From NCBI RefSeq assembly GCF_009914755.1, contig NC_060926.1: a DNA stretch of 64,000 nucleotides, one strand, 5' to 3'. Position 1 is the stretch's first letter. Each line of letters opens with the position of its first letter. Positions 1 through 15,010 of the stretch are shown one piece after another. Under the pieces are notes generated by a model. It did not search any database. It was not told the origin of the DNA and was given only the letters and a program-made list of their open reading frames with translations. The DNA comes from the human T2T-CHM13v2.0 reference genome, Homo sapiens. Made by a program: the position numbers and the translations under genes.

Positions 1-399
1 TTTAAGAGCCAGAAGTCTATATTTAGATTCAAATCCCTTGATCAAAATGATAAGCTTAGAGAAGCAAGACATCTGAAGGAGAAAGAATAATTACCATACT
101 GGGTACTGGCCTACTGGGGATTATAATTTCCACTTTATAATAATGCAATTGATGATCAAAGATGTTAGAGGTTAACTTGCTGAAAACCACAAGGCTGACA
201 TAATGCTTGGCAAAATTTGGACCCAGAAGGAGAAAACAGAAGAAAGAAAATAATGAAACACATAATTTTCTCTTTGCTGAATAAAAGACCGTAGGCATGA
301 GATTAAATGAGCCTATTAAGTACAGAGCAGAAATAGTTATTTTTTAAAGACAATTTTTTAACATATTTTAATGAACTATCATAATAGCAACAATAAGAG

Positions 400-620
400 A
401 AAAACTGCACAGTTTCCAGAGAGAAAGTTAAAAACCAACAACGAATCAAAACAAAAAAGTCTTATTTAAATAACAAGAAATCAGACTGGCAAAAAAACTT
501 TCATTTGCAAAACTGGATGACAGATGACAATGGATCAATGTCTTCAAAGTTGACTTTAGAATTCTATACACAAGCAAGTGATTAAGCAAGAGTAGGGGTC
601 AAGTGAAGACATCCTTAAAT
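400..620 (+). mobile_element. Old L1/HAL1 ORF1-like fragment
   Basis: aatcagactggc...caatggatcaatgtcttcaaagt...tagaattctatac resembles degenerate L1M/HAL1 ORF1. Confidence 0.45.
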
Positions 621-2645
621 ACAGAGCCCCTCAGTAATCAACATCCTTTATGTCTCAGGCACTGTGCTGGATGTTCATTATCTAAGGTGAATTACTTTGT
701 TCAAGATAGTTCCTCTGCCTAAGGAAGTTGTCTTTCAGTTAATAATTTGTTTTAAAATGCAGTTTATTGGAACAATGTAGCCCCTAAACATGCTGAACCC
801 CCATGTCTCTACAGTCATTGTCTTCTTTAATGTAGGAATTGTCTTTAATAATGTCATATTGCTTATATCTACCAATTTTCATACTACATACTAACAAATA
901 ATATTACTGCCAATAAGGAAAGGAAGGAAGGAGGGAGTCAGGCCATCAATTACTTTAAACTCCAATAAAGAATTTAAGGCAAAGATCTTCACCCATTTTT
1001 ATTTTTTCCAATGCAAGATCTGCTAGGCTTACTAATCGAAAACTGACATTTAGGATTATCTCCCCAAGAATTTTGTCATTCTTGATATCAAAACCAACGG
1101 GAAAGAAAAGTGCACTGGACATAAAGCTTTTCTCACAGAAGTAAAACATCACATGAAAGACGGGGTGAAATGGCGTCACTGTGGTCCACATTAAAAGGAG
1201 GTGAGCACTGGAAGGATCTTTTCAAAGGCAGTGTTTGCCATGATAATTTCTGAAATAAACATGTGGTTCTAAAGGACTGCATTCCTTCAGGACTTCCCAA
1301 CTACCCTTTCCTATCTTTCCACATTGGAAGCATGGTGGTCATCAAAACATTTCTCAAGCTAAATGAGATAATCAACTTCTTGTCAACTGTTAACAGATAA
1401 ATGTGTTTCCAATCTTCTAAAACTCTCTATAGGAAACAGGATTTAAACCTAGAACTCCTCTTTAAAATATTATGTCACATGAAAACCTTTTTATTATTTA
1501 AATGATTCATTTGATGGTTTCATAAAGATAAGAAAACTAACAATATTGCCCAGCCAAGGGTGGGAAAGAAATGCAGAAATGTTGCCAATGTACCTCATCT
1601 TAACAGCAGCAGCCTTATGTTCTCTCATTAGACTCTCCTGAGCAGATTGAGTAGAACAACTGAATTAAATAAGGGCCAAAGAATTTCTCTACTTAAATCA
1701 ACGGACCATCTGGTAGGCTATGCTGTTTCTGCCAGTGGTCACAGCAGAAACATCGAGAAAGCAAATGTGGACATCATTATAGAGTCATACGTAGGTGGAG
1801 AGAGAAAAGTACTCTTAACCGTAACTATAGGAAAATATGAATTTTTTTTACCTCAAGTTCAAATATTTATGATGTGTAACTATGCAATAATTATGCTTAT
1901 TTAACAAATATGCCAGGACATATATATGCAGCAAGTGAGTGAAATCTTCAAAAGTGATTGTCTCAGAAGTTATTCAGGTAGACCTCCTTATGTTGAGCCT
2001 CATTCTCAATTGTTTAAAATCAGCCTGTATTTTCATTTTTAGCCACCTGTATCTATTTGACAGTTTATTAACAAAAGAGAGACCATTATTTTCTGGCATA
2101 AATAGGAAGAACCTGCAAGCAATTTTAAGTAACATCGTTCTAAAATCAATGCAATAGTTTTAAATACTCAGCTTGCTGCAGGGAAGGCTATTTTGAGAAA
2201 AAGATGACTTCTGTTTAAACCTCCAAGACACCTTTATTAAAATTCCCAATTCAGAGAAAGAATTCCAAAAATTGCTTTTGGATAACATTCATTTAATGGT
2301 AGTTATGGTTATAAATCCAGCATATTAGTTGCAAGTAACTTTGATGAGGTAGGATTGTATTTTTTGTAGGTTGAATGTACATATCACAGTACATAGAGTA
2401 CTCTTGTAGTCAATGTGTACATTTACAGACATTTTAGAAAAGTTAAAATATAAGATTAGTATTCAACTCTTATGGATAAAGGTTTATAATTATTATATTT
2501 TTGCTTTCAAGAAACTGTCCTATGTGAATGCATTTAAATTACAACTACAATAATACTTTATTTATCCTTTTACAAAATCCTATAAGCTCTACTTTGCAGT
2601 TTCACAGGCAATGTCACAGAAAAAGTTTTGATATCCTATATCCTT

Positions 2646-3050
2646 TGTCTTAGTCCATATATGTTGTTACAAAGGAATACCCAAGACTGAGTAATTTATA
2701 AGGAAAAATGGTTTATTTGACTCACAATTCTGCTGGCTGGAAGATTAGGCATCTGGTGAAAGCCCCAGGCTGCTTCCACTAATGGTGGAAGGCAAAGGGG
2801 AGCCAGCATGTGCACAGATCACATGGCAAGAGAGGAAGCAAGAGAGAGAAAGGAGGTGTCAGGCTCTTTTTACAACCAGCTCTGTCCAGAGCTCATGGAG
2901 AGACAACTAATTTGCCTCCCACTCAAGAAGGGCATTAATCTATTCATGGGGACTTCAGTCCCATGGCCCAAACAGAAGTAGGCCCCATCTCCACCAATGG
3001 GGATCAAATTTCAACATGAGGTTTGGAGGGGTCAAAGATCCTAACCACAG
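2646..3050 (-). mobile_element. MaLR solo LTR, MSTB-like
   Basis: tgtcttagtcc...agactgagtaatttataag...ctcacaattctgctggctgg...atcaaatttcaacatgag, typical MST in reverse. Confidence 0.8.
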
Positions 3051-3073
3051 AACTCTTATTCCAAGAATAACCT

Positions 3074-3430
3074 TGTCTTACTTCACTTGGACCACTATAA
3101 CAAAGCACTACAGACTGGGTGGCTTATAAGCAACAAAAGTTTCTTTCTCACAGTTCTGAAGGCTGGAAGTCCGAAATCAGGGTGCCAGCATTGTCGAGTT
3201 CTGGTGAGAACCCTCATCTGGGTTACAGACAGCCAACTTTTCACTGAGTCTTTACATGGTGAATGAGAGCTAGCTAGCTCTCAGGTCCCTTTTATAGGGG
3301 CACTAAGCCTGTTCATGAGGGCTCCACCTTCCTTACCTCCAAAGGCCCCACATCCTAATGCCATCACATAGGGTAATTTCCACATATGAATTTGCAGGCA
3401 GTGGGAACCATACATTCAGTCCATACCATA
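3074..3430 (-). mobile_element. MaLR solo LTR, MLT1A-like
   Basis: agactgggtggcttataa...tctcacagttctgaaggctggaagtccgaaatcagggtgccagca...cattcagtccata. Confidence 0.8.
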
Positions 3431-5092
3431 ACCCTCCACAAGCAATTTTCATATTTTTCCTAAGGAATAAATGTGTCCAGGTCACATAAGGAACTCAGAG
3501 CCTCATTACTTTCTTCATATATTCTCTAGTTTGAGTGTTTTACTTCATTTCCTAGAATTGGCTCTAAACAACTTTTTGCTCATTCTCAAAAGCAGATACT
3601 GTCAAGGAATTAAGACCAGTCACCAATGGGAATGCTTAAAAGATAGTTATAAATAATGAAAAAAAAGTTAGTTGTCTCAAAATTACTGAGCAGTAACTAT
3701 AACAGTAGAATTAAAGTTATCTCCCAGTGAGTACCGTGAATGAGAACATACTTACGTGGATGTATCAATTCAATTCTGATATAAAATAAACAAATAAATT
3801 TCATGACCTTATGCCACACTCAAATAAAGCAAGTTCAATAGTTTGGGGGAAGGAAACAATGAAGCCATTATTCAGATTATAATCCTACACAAATTGATAT
3901 TCAGTTTATGCTTTATATACAGCACATAGCACCCTGACACTGGAGGAATTCTACAAGCCTAATCATGTCTCTTCCGCACTATCATTTCATCTAAACCTAT
4001 GGTTGAAATCACTTTGATAGTGCTTTGTACAAGTGGTTTCACCTTTTTAAATTTTCATAAATAAGATACAATCATTTTCTTCATTATTTGAATAGAAAAT
4101 ATTAACTCCATTATTTTCATATTAAAATGCTCTGAATATACAACTGCACTGGTCCCGCTATTCTAAATCATGTTTGCAAAGCTGCCACTTGATTTATTTT
4201 GAAAACAGCTAAGTCACATGTGGAATAACATGCTAATACTTGGCTGCAATCCTAAATTGATTATACAGTTTGTTAACACAGCAAAATTATTTGGCCTAAT
4301 GAATGTCTGTTAGCACTAAGAAACTGTTTTCAGTTCTAATATAAAGCTGATTGGAGATTATGCACAGAAATTCTGTCTGTGTATTTAACTGAGCTTTCCT
4401 CTCAAAACAACAGTTAAATAGATAAATTGGCAGTTAGAAATACTCTTCCACATCAATCATTTGTGTAGAATATAAAGACTTTCTAAGACTAGGGAAGGAG
4501 AAAGAGCACACAGGAAGATTAGACTAGCTTTTGTTTCTATTGTCATCATACCACAGAAGTACCTTCCACTTCAGTCCATTAAGTAAGGGGTTTTGACCAA
4601 AACATTACATTAAAAGTGTTTACTGAGTGACAAAATCTTGAAGGTCAAAAAGAAAAATTGCTATTCTCTTTCTATCCCCCAACCAATAACACCTCATGTA
4701 GAGGTGCCTGTAATTAGAGTATGCCTATAATAGACCCTCAGGCCCAGGGTGCCTTAATAGTACTGTGTTCTTCAATAAATGAGGTCAAGGGAAAAGGCTA
4801 TTCTGTTCAGGTCCAACTGCATCCTACAATATCATTCTGTTAATTTGATAATTTTCAGAGTACAGGTCTAGGGAGACCTGATCTTCTCTAATTCCCAGGG
4901 TTGTTGGTCTGAGGGCCATTGGTTTCCAAAGGCCTTAGGGCAGTTAACTTCCCCATGATTCCTCACTAATCCTCAAGAACTATTTCTTGAGCCTACTGCC
5001 TTGTCCAAAGCAGTATCTATTGCTCTGGGAGGCTGAGCTGACACACTTGGTAAACTTGACCCAGAGCCTGCTTCATAGACTACTGATCCCAG

Positions 5093-5774
<682 letters not shown>

Positions 5775-6679
5775 CCCAGTGAAACCTTTGGGAACCACCC
5801 TAAACAAGCCAGCTCTGACATGGAGGCCCTACCTCTTGGGCACCACCAGGCTGGGATCCAAGTCTGTGGCCAGCATCAGCCACTAGACACATAGTATTCA
5901 TATGGCCTTCCTCTTCATTGTCTGACATTCATGTGCATGGAAACCTACTCACAATCTAAAAAACTGAAAGAAGAGAATCATGACTAATGACATTGTAAGA
6001 CTTCTCTCTCTGCTTACTTTGTATGTGCTCCACATAGAGTAAAGCACTCTATCATACCAACAATTTTTTTCAAATGTGGAAATACTCCTCAGTTTATGAA
6101 AGTTGTTCTACATAACCACCTCCATGTCTCTTATTTCCTTTTAATATTGCTCTGCTTTTCTCAAAGCATTTCAACTCTGCCTCCATGCCCTTACCTTTCT
6201 GATCAGTTATTCCCATCTTTGTCATTCCCCATGATAAGCCTTTTGTTTAATCAACATGTAGTTGCAAGTGTGCAAAAACCCATCCTAAATTATGAGTTAA
6301 TACAAATTACTTTATGTTACATAGCGGTCTGTACTTCTTAAAGTGCTTTCCTGTAAAGGCACCAAGAAACCATTAAGCCAAAAGGCAAAGCAAATAGAAT
6401 ATGCCTATAATAAACCTATAACTACAATTATTTATATTTACATAAGTAAGTACATGGGGATGTATAAAAGACATTAATGGAGGCAAATCCCTGTAGGTAT
6501 TGAGGGAGGTGACACGTGCTGATAAATATGAGAACGGGAGCAAGACTTTTCAGTGAATAATTTTAATGTATTTTAAATATTATTAAACTATATATACATT
6601 CTGACTACTAAAAAAATAAAATCAAGTAAATAAATGAATGAATATGTTTTCATAGGATTTAAAGATTCAAGATGGCAAG

Positions 6680-7400
6680 CTGGAATTGAGAATGAATTGG
6701 AACTCTTAACAGTATATAAATAAAAGACAATTTTAAAATGCCTTGAGCAAAAAATGACTAGAATTCTATATTCAGCAAAAGTATTTCTGAGTTGTAAACT
6801 TAATATAAAGGCATTTTCAGACCAATAAAGACTCAGAAAAATTACTCCTCCTTCCCCCAGTTAGGTACACCACCACAAAAAGAGGAAAAGGAAGAAATCA
6901 TGAGACCCTGGAAACAGGGAATCCAATACAGGAGAGAGAAAAAAGGAATTCCCAGAACAAAGGCAAAGCAAAATCCCAAGGTGAGGACAGTACCGTGGCA
7001 GCCCTAGAGAGCAACGTCTCTCGGCAGGGGCAGAACAGAGGCAGAAGAATGGAAATTTCCAGGAGGGATGCCTTCAGGTGAAGGACAGAACTAACAGAGT
7101 CCCTGCACAGTTGGCCACTTGGAAGTTTATGTTAAGACTGTTTTACGTTTCTTGGGAGAGGAGAATAAATTTGGAAATAGAATCAAAGAAAATGAAGCAA
7201 ATGGAACAACAAAGCAATTATTAACTACAGGAAAAACAGAATGTTTTCACAACAAAAGAGCATAATCATAACACATTATGCAGTACTGAATGATATTTAC
7301 ATAGTCATATTAACAGAATTAACAAAAAATTTTGATGTGACCATATTGTCAGTAGGGGAGAAGGGGAGTCTATTCAAAAACTAAAAATCTTCAGCTTCCA
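6680..7400 (+). mobile_element. HAL1 (half-L1) fragment
   Basis: ggaaacagggaatccaatacaggagagag...aggaattcccagaac...gcagccctagagagcaac resembles the HAL1 consensus. Confidence 0.65.
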
Positions 7401-8519
7401 TCAGTAGATAGCATCTAAAGTATCCTGTTACAGTCTGTCTAATAAAAAAAAAAAGTCTATCTTGTGCTGACTCACAACACAGTAGATGAATATTGATGAA
7501 AACCCTCTGCTCAACAAAAAAAAGGGTTACCTCCTTTGGCAGTATTTGCCCTGGATGCAGGAAGACAAAAGAGGCTTTCCCTCATTTTTATAAGACTTAT
7601 TTCTGGACTACTTAAGCAAGCATTATTTTGAAACAAAATAATTTGATGCATCCACATGGCTATTTTCATATTTAATCTTCATGATACTCTGTGAGATAAA
7701 TGGAATGGCTATCATATGTATATTACTGATGAAGAAACATGTAAAGTGTCTGTTGATGACTGTCAAAGCCATGCGTAGAGTTACGTTTCTGGCCTCTTCC
7801 TCCAGGATGCTTTCCCCTATATTCTGTCTTATAAAGTACAGAGGTTGTATGTAATTATTTACTCAGAAATTTTTAAATAATGCTCATTATCTACCACAGG
7901 TGCACAGAGAACTTTGGACTCACCCATAACTTGACAAGCTCCAGGGTGTTAATGGAAGTCGCCACATTTAAGAGCAGAAAGATGTAATCCATTTCTTCCT
8001 AAACCTCTTCATAAGTGATTCTATGGCTAGACATTTTTTACCATAAGTATCGTGTACACATTTTAACTTACCCACTAAATATTTTCCTTTAAACTTTTAT
8101 AACAAAAGGAAATTGACAAAAATAAAAACAGCATTTCGAGAAGAGGCAAAGAAAAGTGTATCCCTGTAGTTCTTCAAGGTCAGACTTTACAGTAAACATC
8201 AAAGTCTGTTTCTGCCATAACTCAGCTAAAGGTTCTTCATGAAAATGGTTTTGCCCTTTAACAGACAATATTAGACCCTGGTTTTGCCCTTTAAATCAGA
8301 CAATATTAGACCCATTAATAGGTCCATGTCTGTTTCATTCACCAGTGCCCAGCTCAGTATCTGTATTTAGAGGGAAGAAAACATGTGTTTATTAGATAAA
8401 TCAAAGGAAGAATAAAATAATCCAGATGATCAAATACTTGAGAGCATGCAAAGGATTTTGCAATAAACCAATGTTTATGTAGTCAAATGGACATTAAGAA
8501 TTTTCAGTTTGGTAAGCCT

Positions 8520-9130
8520 ACTCATGCTTTCATCCAACTTTTTAAAGGTTTACTGTGCCAAAGGCTCAGCGCTAACAATGGGTAAGACACAATCCCTATT
8601 CTCAACAATCTGAGTGTCTAGTGGCAGACAAAAGCAGATATAAAAAACTATTGGGGCACAGATGTTATACATGCTATGAAAACAAACAAACACAATGGAC
8701 ACAGTGAGGCCTAAGGAGTATGTGATTTGTTTTTCTTGAGGACATTAGGAAATGCTATCTAGGAAAAGGGGTAATTCACTCTGGGACAGCAAACTAAGCC
8801 TGACGGGGAAGTAAGATGTGGAGTAGGATGAAACAGAGGCCAGGGGAAGGCTATCAGGAGTCAGATCACAGAGGGTTTTGTAAGAAACAGTAAAGAGCTT
8901 AGGTTCTATTCTACAGGCAGTGGGGAGCCATTCAAGAATTAATGTCATTAAGATGTCCCTCAGCTATGACTTTCATAGATGAATATCAGGTTCAGATTTG
9001 AGTTTTTATAGACAGCACTCTAGCAATAACAGAAGAAGAAGAGACGGGTATGATCTGGCAGAACAGTTGGTGGCACTTAGAGACTATTGCAATAGTGCAG
9101 AAATAAGATCATGAATCTAATTAGAATTTG
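8520..9130 (-). mobile_element. L2 fragment
   Basis: The reverse strand reads gaatggctccccactgcctgtagaatagaacctaagctc, typical L2 3' region. Confidence 0.65.
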
Positions 9131-9137
9131 CTCAATG

Positions 9138-9447
<310 letters not shown>

Positions 9448-10919
9448 CTATATTTGTACTTAAACGTGAACCCCCAACTTAGAATATACTGTAGGCATTC
9501 TGCTTAACATACAATCACAAATAAGTTTTTCCCAAACACAAGTGACCATACAGTGATAGAAGTAACATAACCAGCTACTTTTTAAATACGTAACAGAAAT
9601 GAACCAAGCATCAATAAAGCAGTAAGGGTTGTTTTGTCTTTTGAAATATTGTTCCTAAAATATTTGTGCACCAAGGAAAATCAGAGCAATCCTGAACCCT
9701 AACATGAGAAACAAGTAATTATCCCTCAAGTCATTAAGATGCCAGCTTTCTCAAAAATAAAGGACAGAGACAGAAAGGACTAAAAACCAAAGTCCTTTTT
9801 AAAAAGTTTCCTTACATGTTATTCTAATCTTATTTTAAAATTACTATGTAGGATTCTCTCATAGCTGTGTTTTCCCTCTTGATGACTTGAGGAATTACTT
9901 AAAGTACATTTGGTCTAAGAAGATAAAAATAGCAAATAGTTTAGAATGGCTACAGTAAAATACTGATAAATACACAAAGAAAACATTTTGTGGAATAATA
10001 TGTTCTTCAACTTGGGACTTGTTAGCATCTTATTTTTACACTTCAAATCAGGCTCAAGCAAACAATAAACTCAAACATTACCTTGAACTTTTTCACCACA
10101 ATTTTTGTCTTATCCTTGGGGAAAGCTGGAACCGTCACTCACTGTGCAAATGATTCTGTTTGAGTAAAGAACTATAGTTCATTTGTCATCAAAAAACCAG
10201 CTTTAAAAAAAAAATGATTCCTAGATCTAGTCTTTAATCCTTGAAATAATCTACAAAACCTTCATTTATTTAATCTAACTCTAAGGAACGGAAGGATTAA
10301 ATGTCAGATATCCTATTTATGACTAGTTAATTGACCACATCAATCCATAACATTACACAGTTCCACTGTTTGGTTGTATCCCAAGAAGAAAATTCCTCAG
10401 CATCATGAATATCAGTGAAAGTGAATTCAGTGAAACACGATCAGTAAAAGTGAAAAATAAAGCTAAAAGAGAAAATCAACAGCAAAATTTGACTTTATAA
10501 CCTCACATACACTTACCATATACAATATACAAACTAGAAACACAGGCAATGTGCAAGGATTTACAGGATGTCAAAATAATTTTCAGTGCATTTCACCCTC
10601 TTTCATAGTGCAGATATATATTAATAAAAAGAAGCTGTAGCTATAATATTTAATTTGCACAATAAATACTGCTAAGCATTTCAAAATTATGTGATAGGGA
10701 TTATAAAGAAAAATTAGATGTAGCCCCTCCTTTCAAATGCCTATAATCTAGTAGGAACACTTACAATTTGTCTTATTTATACAAGCAACAAAGATACAGA
10801 GCAATGCCACTCACTTTCCCTAAATCTAAAAATAAACTGAGGAATTTAATTAACTATACTAGCTAACAATTCTCGAACCATTAAAGAAGCTGGGTTGATT
10901 TTAAGAAAAATAAGACAAT

Positions 10920-11075
10920 GGGTAGAGAAGAAGAAAGGCAGGGAGAAAAAGAATGGAGGGAGGGATGCAAGGACAGGAGGAGGAGGAGAGGGAGACAGAA
11001 GGAAGAAAGGAGTGAGAGAGAGGAAGAAGGAGGAGGAGAAGTGGGAGGAGACAAGGAAAGAGAAGCAAAAAATAA
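10920..11075. repeat. GA-rich low-complexity tract
   Basis: Purine-dominated gga/gaa repeats; explains the overlapping spurious ORFs here. Confidence 0.85.
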
Positions 11076-12171
11076 AAACACTTTCTTAGTTTTAGAAACA
11101 GGAACATAGGGAAAAATGGAAATACTTCATCCTGTTCTCTAATGAGTTTCAAAATTGATACCTTGGAAAGAGGAAGCTGTTGGGCAGATAGAAAGGAAAG
11201 CAAGTAAACCAGTCCCTAGGATACTTAAAATAGGGAGCGGAGGGGAATCACCAAGAGCTGACTTGAACTAAGAAATTTAACCAACAAGAAGTCCTGAACC
11301 ATGCTGTTTCTTCACCAAGCAGAGGACATTCTCTCACTGCATTGAGACCCTAGAACCTTCTCTCCCTTCATCCTGAAGCCTAAGAAGACATCTTCTGCAA
11401 GCTGGTCCTGAGAGCAAGATATACGGTGCTATCCTCCATTGCTCAACAAACAGGAAGTCCTTCTGCCAAAGCCAAATAAAGGGAAGGGTTGGACTGATGG
11501 GTCCGTAGATAACAAGTTGGCATTCAGAAAGCATTTCCTCAAAGAAATCTGATAATTATGGTGATAACTTCAAGTACTATACTTTAGGTATGTTAGGTAT
11601 TAAATTGAATTTTGAATAGCATTGTTTCTATGGGAAAATGCATTCCAAGCTCCCAAATTTACCACAGAATTTTTGGCATACAAATTGCCTAAATGTTGTG
11701 ATTGTTTACATATGATAGCATACATCTGTGCACATGATTATTTTTCTAGTATCTTTTACTATATTTGAATGTTAAATTAAATGTACAATTACACTGGAAT
11801 GTAACTTTTTATAATCGTTTACATAGGACAAAATTGTTGGGCAGGGTATTCCTGGAACCTGGTATTTTTGAGACTGCAAAGTTCTTTCTGGCATGGTAGG
11901 AGGTCTTCAGGTGTCTCTAGGCTATATTTATTGGTCTTCGCTTACTAGTTTTAAAGTAAAAAATTCAACGATCTTACAGGATGTTCTAAAGGCAAGGGCA
12001 ACAAAGTCAGATAAGAGTCCTAACAGTGACCATAGCCATCTAGATGACCTTGAGCATGCCACTTCATCTCTCTGGAAAACAGTTTTTCCCTATAAATGGA
12101 TGTGGTTAAATAAGATGTTCTCCAAGTTTCCTTCCAGTTGCCACCATCTACTTTTCTCTCCAGAACTTAGC

Positions 12172-12705
12172 CTGTGTTATGGATCTCTTATTATCACACT
12201 AACAAACTGCTCCAAAACAGTGTCTTAAAACAATAACGCTTACGTTACATCTCATGACTTTGTGGAATTGGAGAGAAGGGTTTATCTAGGCAATTCTTCT
12301 GTTCTACATGGTGTCAGTGAAGGTCACTTTCCCTAAAAGGCACGCAGCTGGTGTAGGAGCTAGTCTAGACCATCCAACCTTGCTTTACCATCGTGTCTAA
12401 AACCTTGGCAGAGATGGCTGAAAAGATGGGAGCAGCTGAATCTACACATGGCTTCTCCAGCACGGTGCCTCGATATAGTCAGAGAGGGCTCAGATAAGGT
12501 AGCTCAGGGTTCCCAAAGAGAGTATTCTAAGAAACAGGAAATGGAATCAAAGCCAATCAAAGCCTTGGACCAGAAATGGTCACACTATCACTGCCAAAGT
12601 ATCGTATGGGTAAAATAATCAGAGCCTTCCAAGAGGATAGGACATAGATTTCCTCTCTCAATGAGAAATGTAGTAAAGAATTTACAACCATCTTTAATCC
12701 ACCAC
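12172..12705 (-). mobile_element. Old MLT1 (H/I-like) LTR
   Basis: taacaaactgctccaaaacagtgtcttaaaacaataa...catctttaatcccaccaca. Confidence 0.6.
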
Positions 12706-13789
12706 AGACTATATCTAGGAACTGACACCAGCAGTGACACTCATTACTCTATCCAATGTTTCATAGCAGAAACTGAAGAGATAAAAAAGAATAAGGAACA
12801 GTCGCTACCTTCAGAAAACTTCACAGTTTGACAAAAAGAATGACAAAGTAGGCAGTGCTTTTCTGATTAACCAAGCTCAAGTTTATTTATTCTACTGTAA
12901 CTAATAGAGAATTGATAGAAGCATATATGGGAAAATGCTACCTAAAAAGAACAAGTTTTAAAGAAAGTATTTGCATATGCACTAAGTCTGGAAGGAAGGA
13001 GGAAAAATAGCATATTATGATGTGAATGACATATATCTTCAATTCTCAGGCAAAACACTATAAAATATTACACAACAAATCATCTGTAGAAGATATCTGT
13101 CTGTTGTAGATTTATAATCAACTAGCACTTTTGCATATCAGAATCTTAATTCTTATGACTAAAAAAGAAAAGACCCAACATAGAAGAGATGCTACTTAGA
13201 GCCACTGTTTATAATGTAATGCGAAAACACGAAGAAACCAGAATAATTTGAATACATGTCTAAATTATTAACTTATAAAAACTTCACATGATCCTTACTT
13301 AAATAAGTTTCAGCAAGTCATATTTCTTTAATAGTCTAAATTAAATTGATAATGCAACCTAGAATAATTCAAACTAAAACAATCAGGTCACAGGTTCCTT
13401 GTGTCATTTAAAGCATGCACCCTCTGCTGTATGGATTTGGAACTATCCACAGACAAAACATATTTAAACAGCGCCCCCCTGTGTGATCTACTTCAGCAAC
13501 CACTTTAGGAGTCATAGAGAAAGGGCAATTCCCGTTGCCATAGAGGTTGTTTGTTAAACAATAAATATACTTTAATTTTAAAAGCAATGCAATTTAAAAT
13601 TCAAGCAATTTCTAATACCTTTGAGATGAAGCAAACAGATGTAGACAATGGTTATCCTTTAAAAAATTATAGAACTTCACATATATAAAGCATGTGGATG
13701 TATGAGTAATAGCTCCTCCTGTATTGATTGACCACTCCTTCTGTAGGAGAAATGTCATTATTTCAAACCCTGATTCAATCAGATTATAT

Positions 13790-13980
13790 CAGGGTTTCTT
13801 CAAAAGTGGTATAGAGTCAAGCTGCCCCAGAATTATAAGAATCTCCCGGCAGGTACTTGTTAAAGGTTTTAATGTTTCAGCCTATGGAAATAGAGTGTCC
13901 AAGGATGAGACCCAGGGATCTGCACTTGTATCAAATACTCTAAGCATGTGATATGCCCACTGGGGTTTGAGAATTGCCAT
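13790..13980. mobile_element. MER5-like hAT MITE
   Basis: cagggtttcttcaaaagtgg...cccagggatctgcac...gtttgagaattgcc. Confidence 0.5.
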
Positions 13981-14809
13981 CCTAAAGCATTACATGTAAA
14001 ACAACTTTTCTAAGATGGAAGGATAATTATATTGACAAGTAAAATAAAGATTTATTAATTTCTTTTTTTAAATGGAATTTAATTCAATCTCTAAATACTT
14101 AAATCATTTTTGATTCCATGCTTTTAAGACCCAGTATTCTCTGCACTGATATTTATAGCCCCACATTTATTATAATGATGAGTATTTGGCTTGCTAATAG
14201 TGACCACACAACAGCAGGACCAGTCCATTGCCAAATCTCTACCGTCTCTGCAAGTGACCTGGGTTCTTTCCAATGGAAAAAAAAAAGGTTGAGAAAATAC
14301 ATTCCTCTCCACTTCATCTACTTTGTCCAATTGTTCTCTAGGCCACAGGGCAGAATTTTTACTGACTTAAATCTCAGTTAAATCCCAGACAAGGATCTGT
14401 CAATGAAAGTTAATTTTAACACCCCAGAGTACAGCTAAACTCTTTCAGTAAGAATACATCCTGATCTTAGAATGATCCAATTTCCCTAGCAGTTTCTGAA
14501 AGTCATTCAAAATCTTATAAATTGAAAATAATAATAATAATAATAACGACAATGATTTCTGACATTTTCTGAAACAATAATACAAAGGATTTTTGATATT
14601 TCATAAAGGCAGTATACCGATACCATAAGAAAAACACTATGGAGGTAGAGGGAGATCAGAACATATTAAGGTTGGTTTCATGGGTGGTGTAAAGGACAAC
14701 TCTTTTTATTGTTTTCACTATATAAACATCTACAATACTGAAAGCACAGAGAAGGTATTTTGAACGTAGTTTCTAAATAGAATTCTACCTGTGAATTTTG
14801 TGTTAGATA

Positions 14810-15010
14810 GGCAGGGCTGGGATTGAAATCTGAAAATCTGGGTTCAAGTCCTGGCTCTCTCAGGCATAATCTGTATATTTAACCCTTGATCTTTGACCCT
14901 GTGTTTTTCCATCTGCAAAACTAGGACAAAACTAAGGATTCCATTTATTACATTCAGATATTAAAAGAATAAAAATAACATATTTGAAATTATCTTAGAA
15001 ACTGTGTCAT
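14810..15010 (+). mobile_element. MIR fragment
   Basis: ctgggttcaagtcctggctct...gtttttccatctgcaaaa MIR core. Confidence 0.55.

Noticed and set aside
10881-11203. Cluster of overlapping ORFs
   Set aside because: Caused by a GA-rich low-complexity tract that lacks stop codons.
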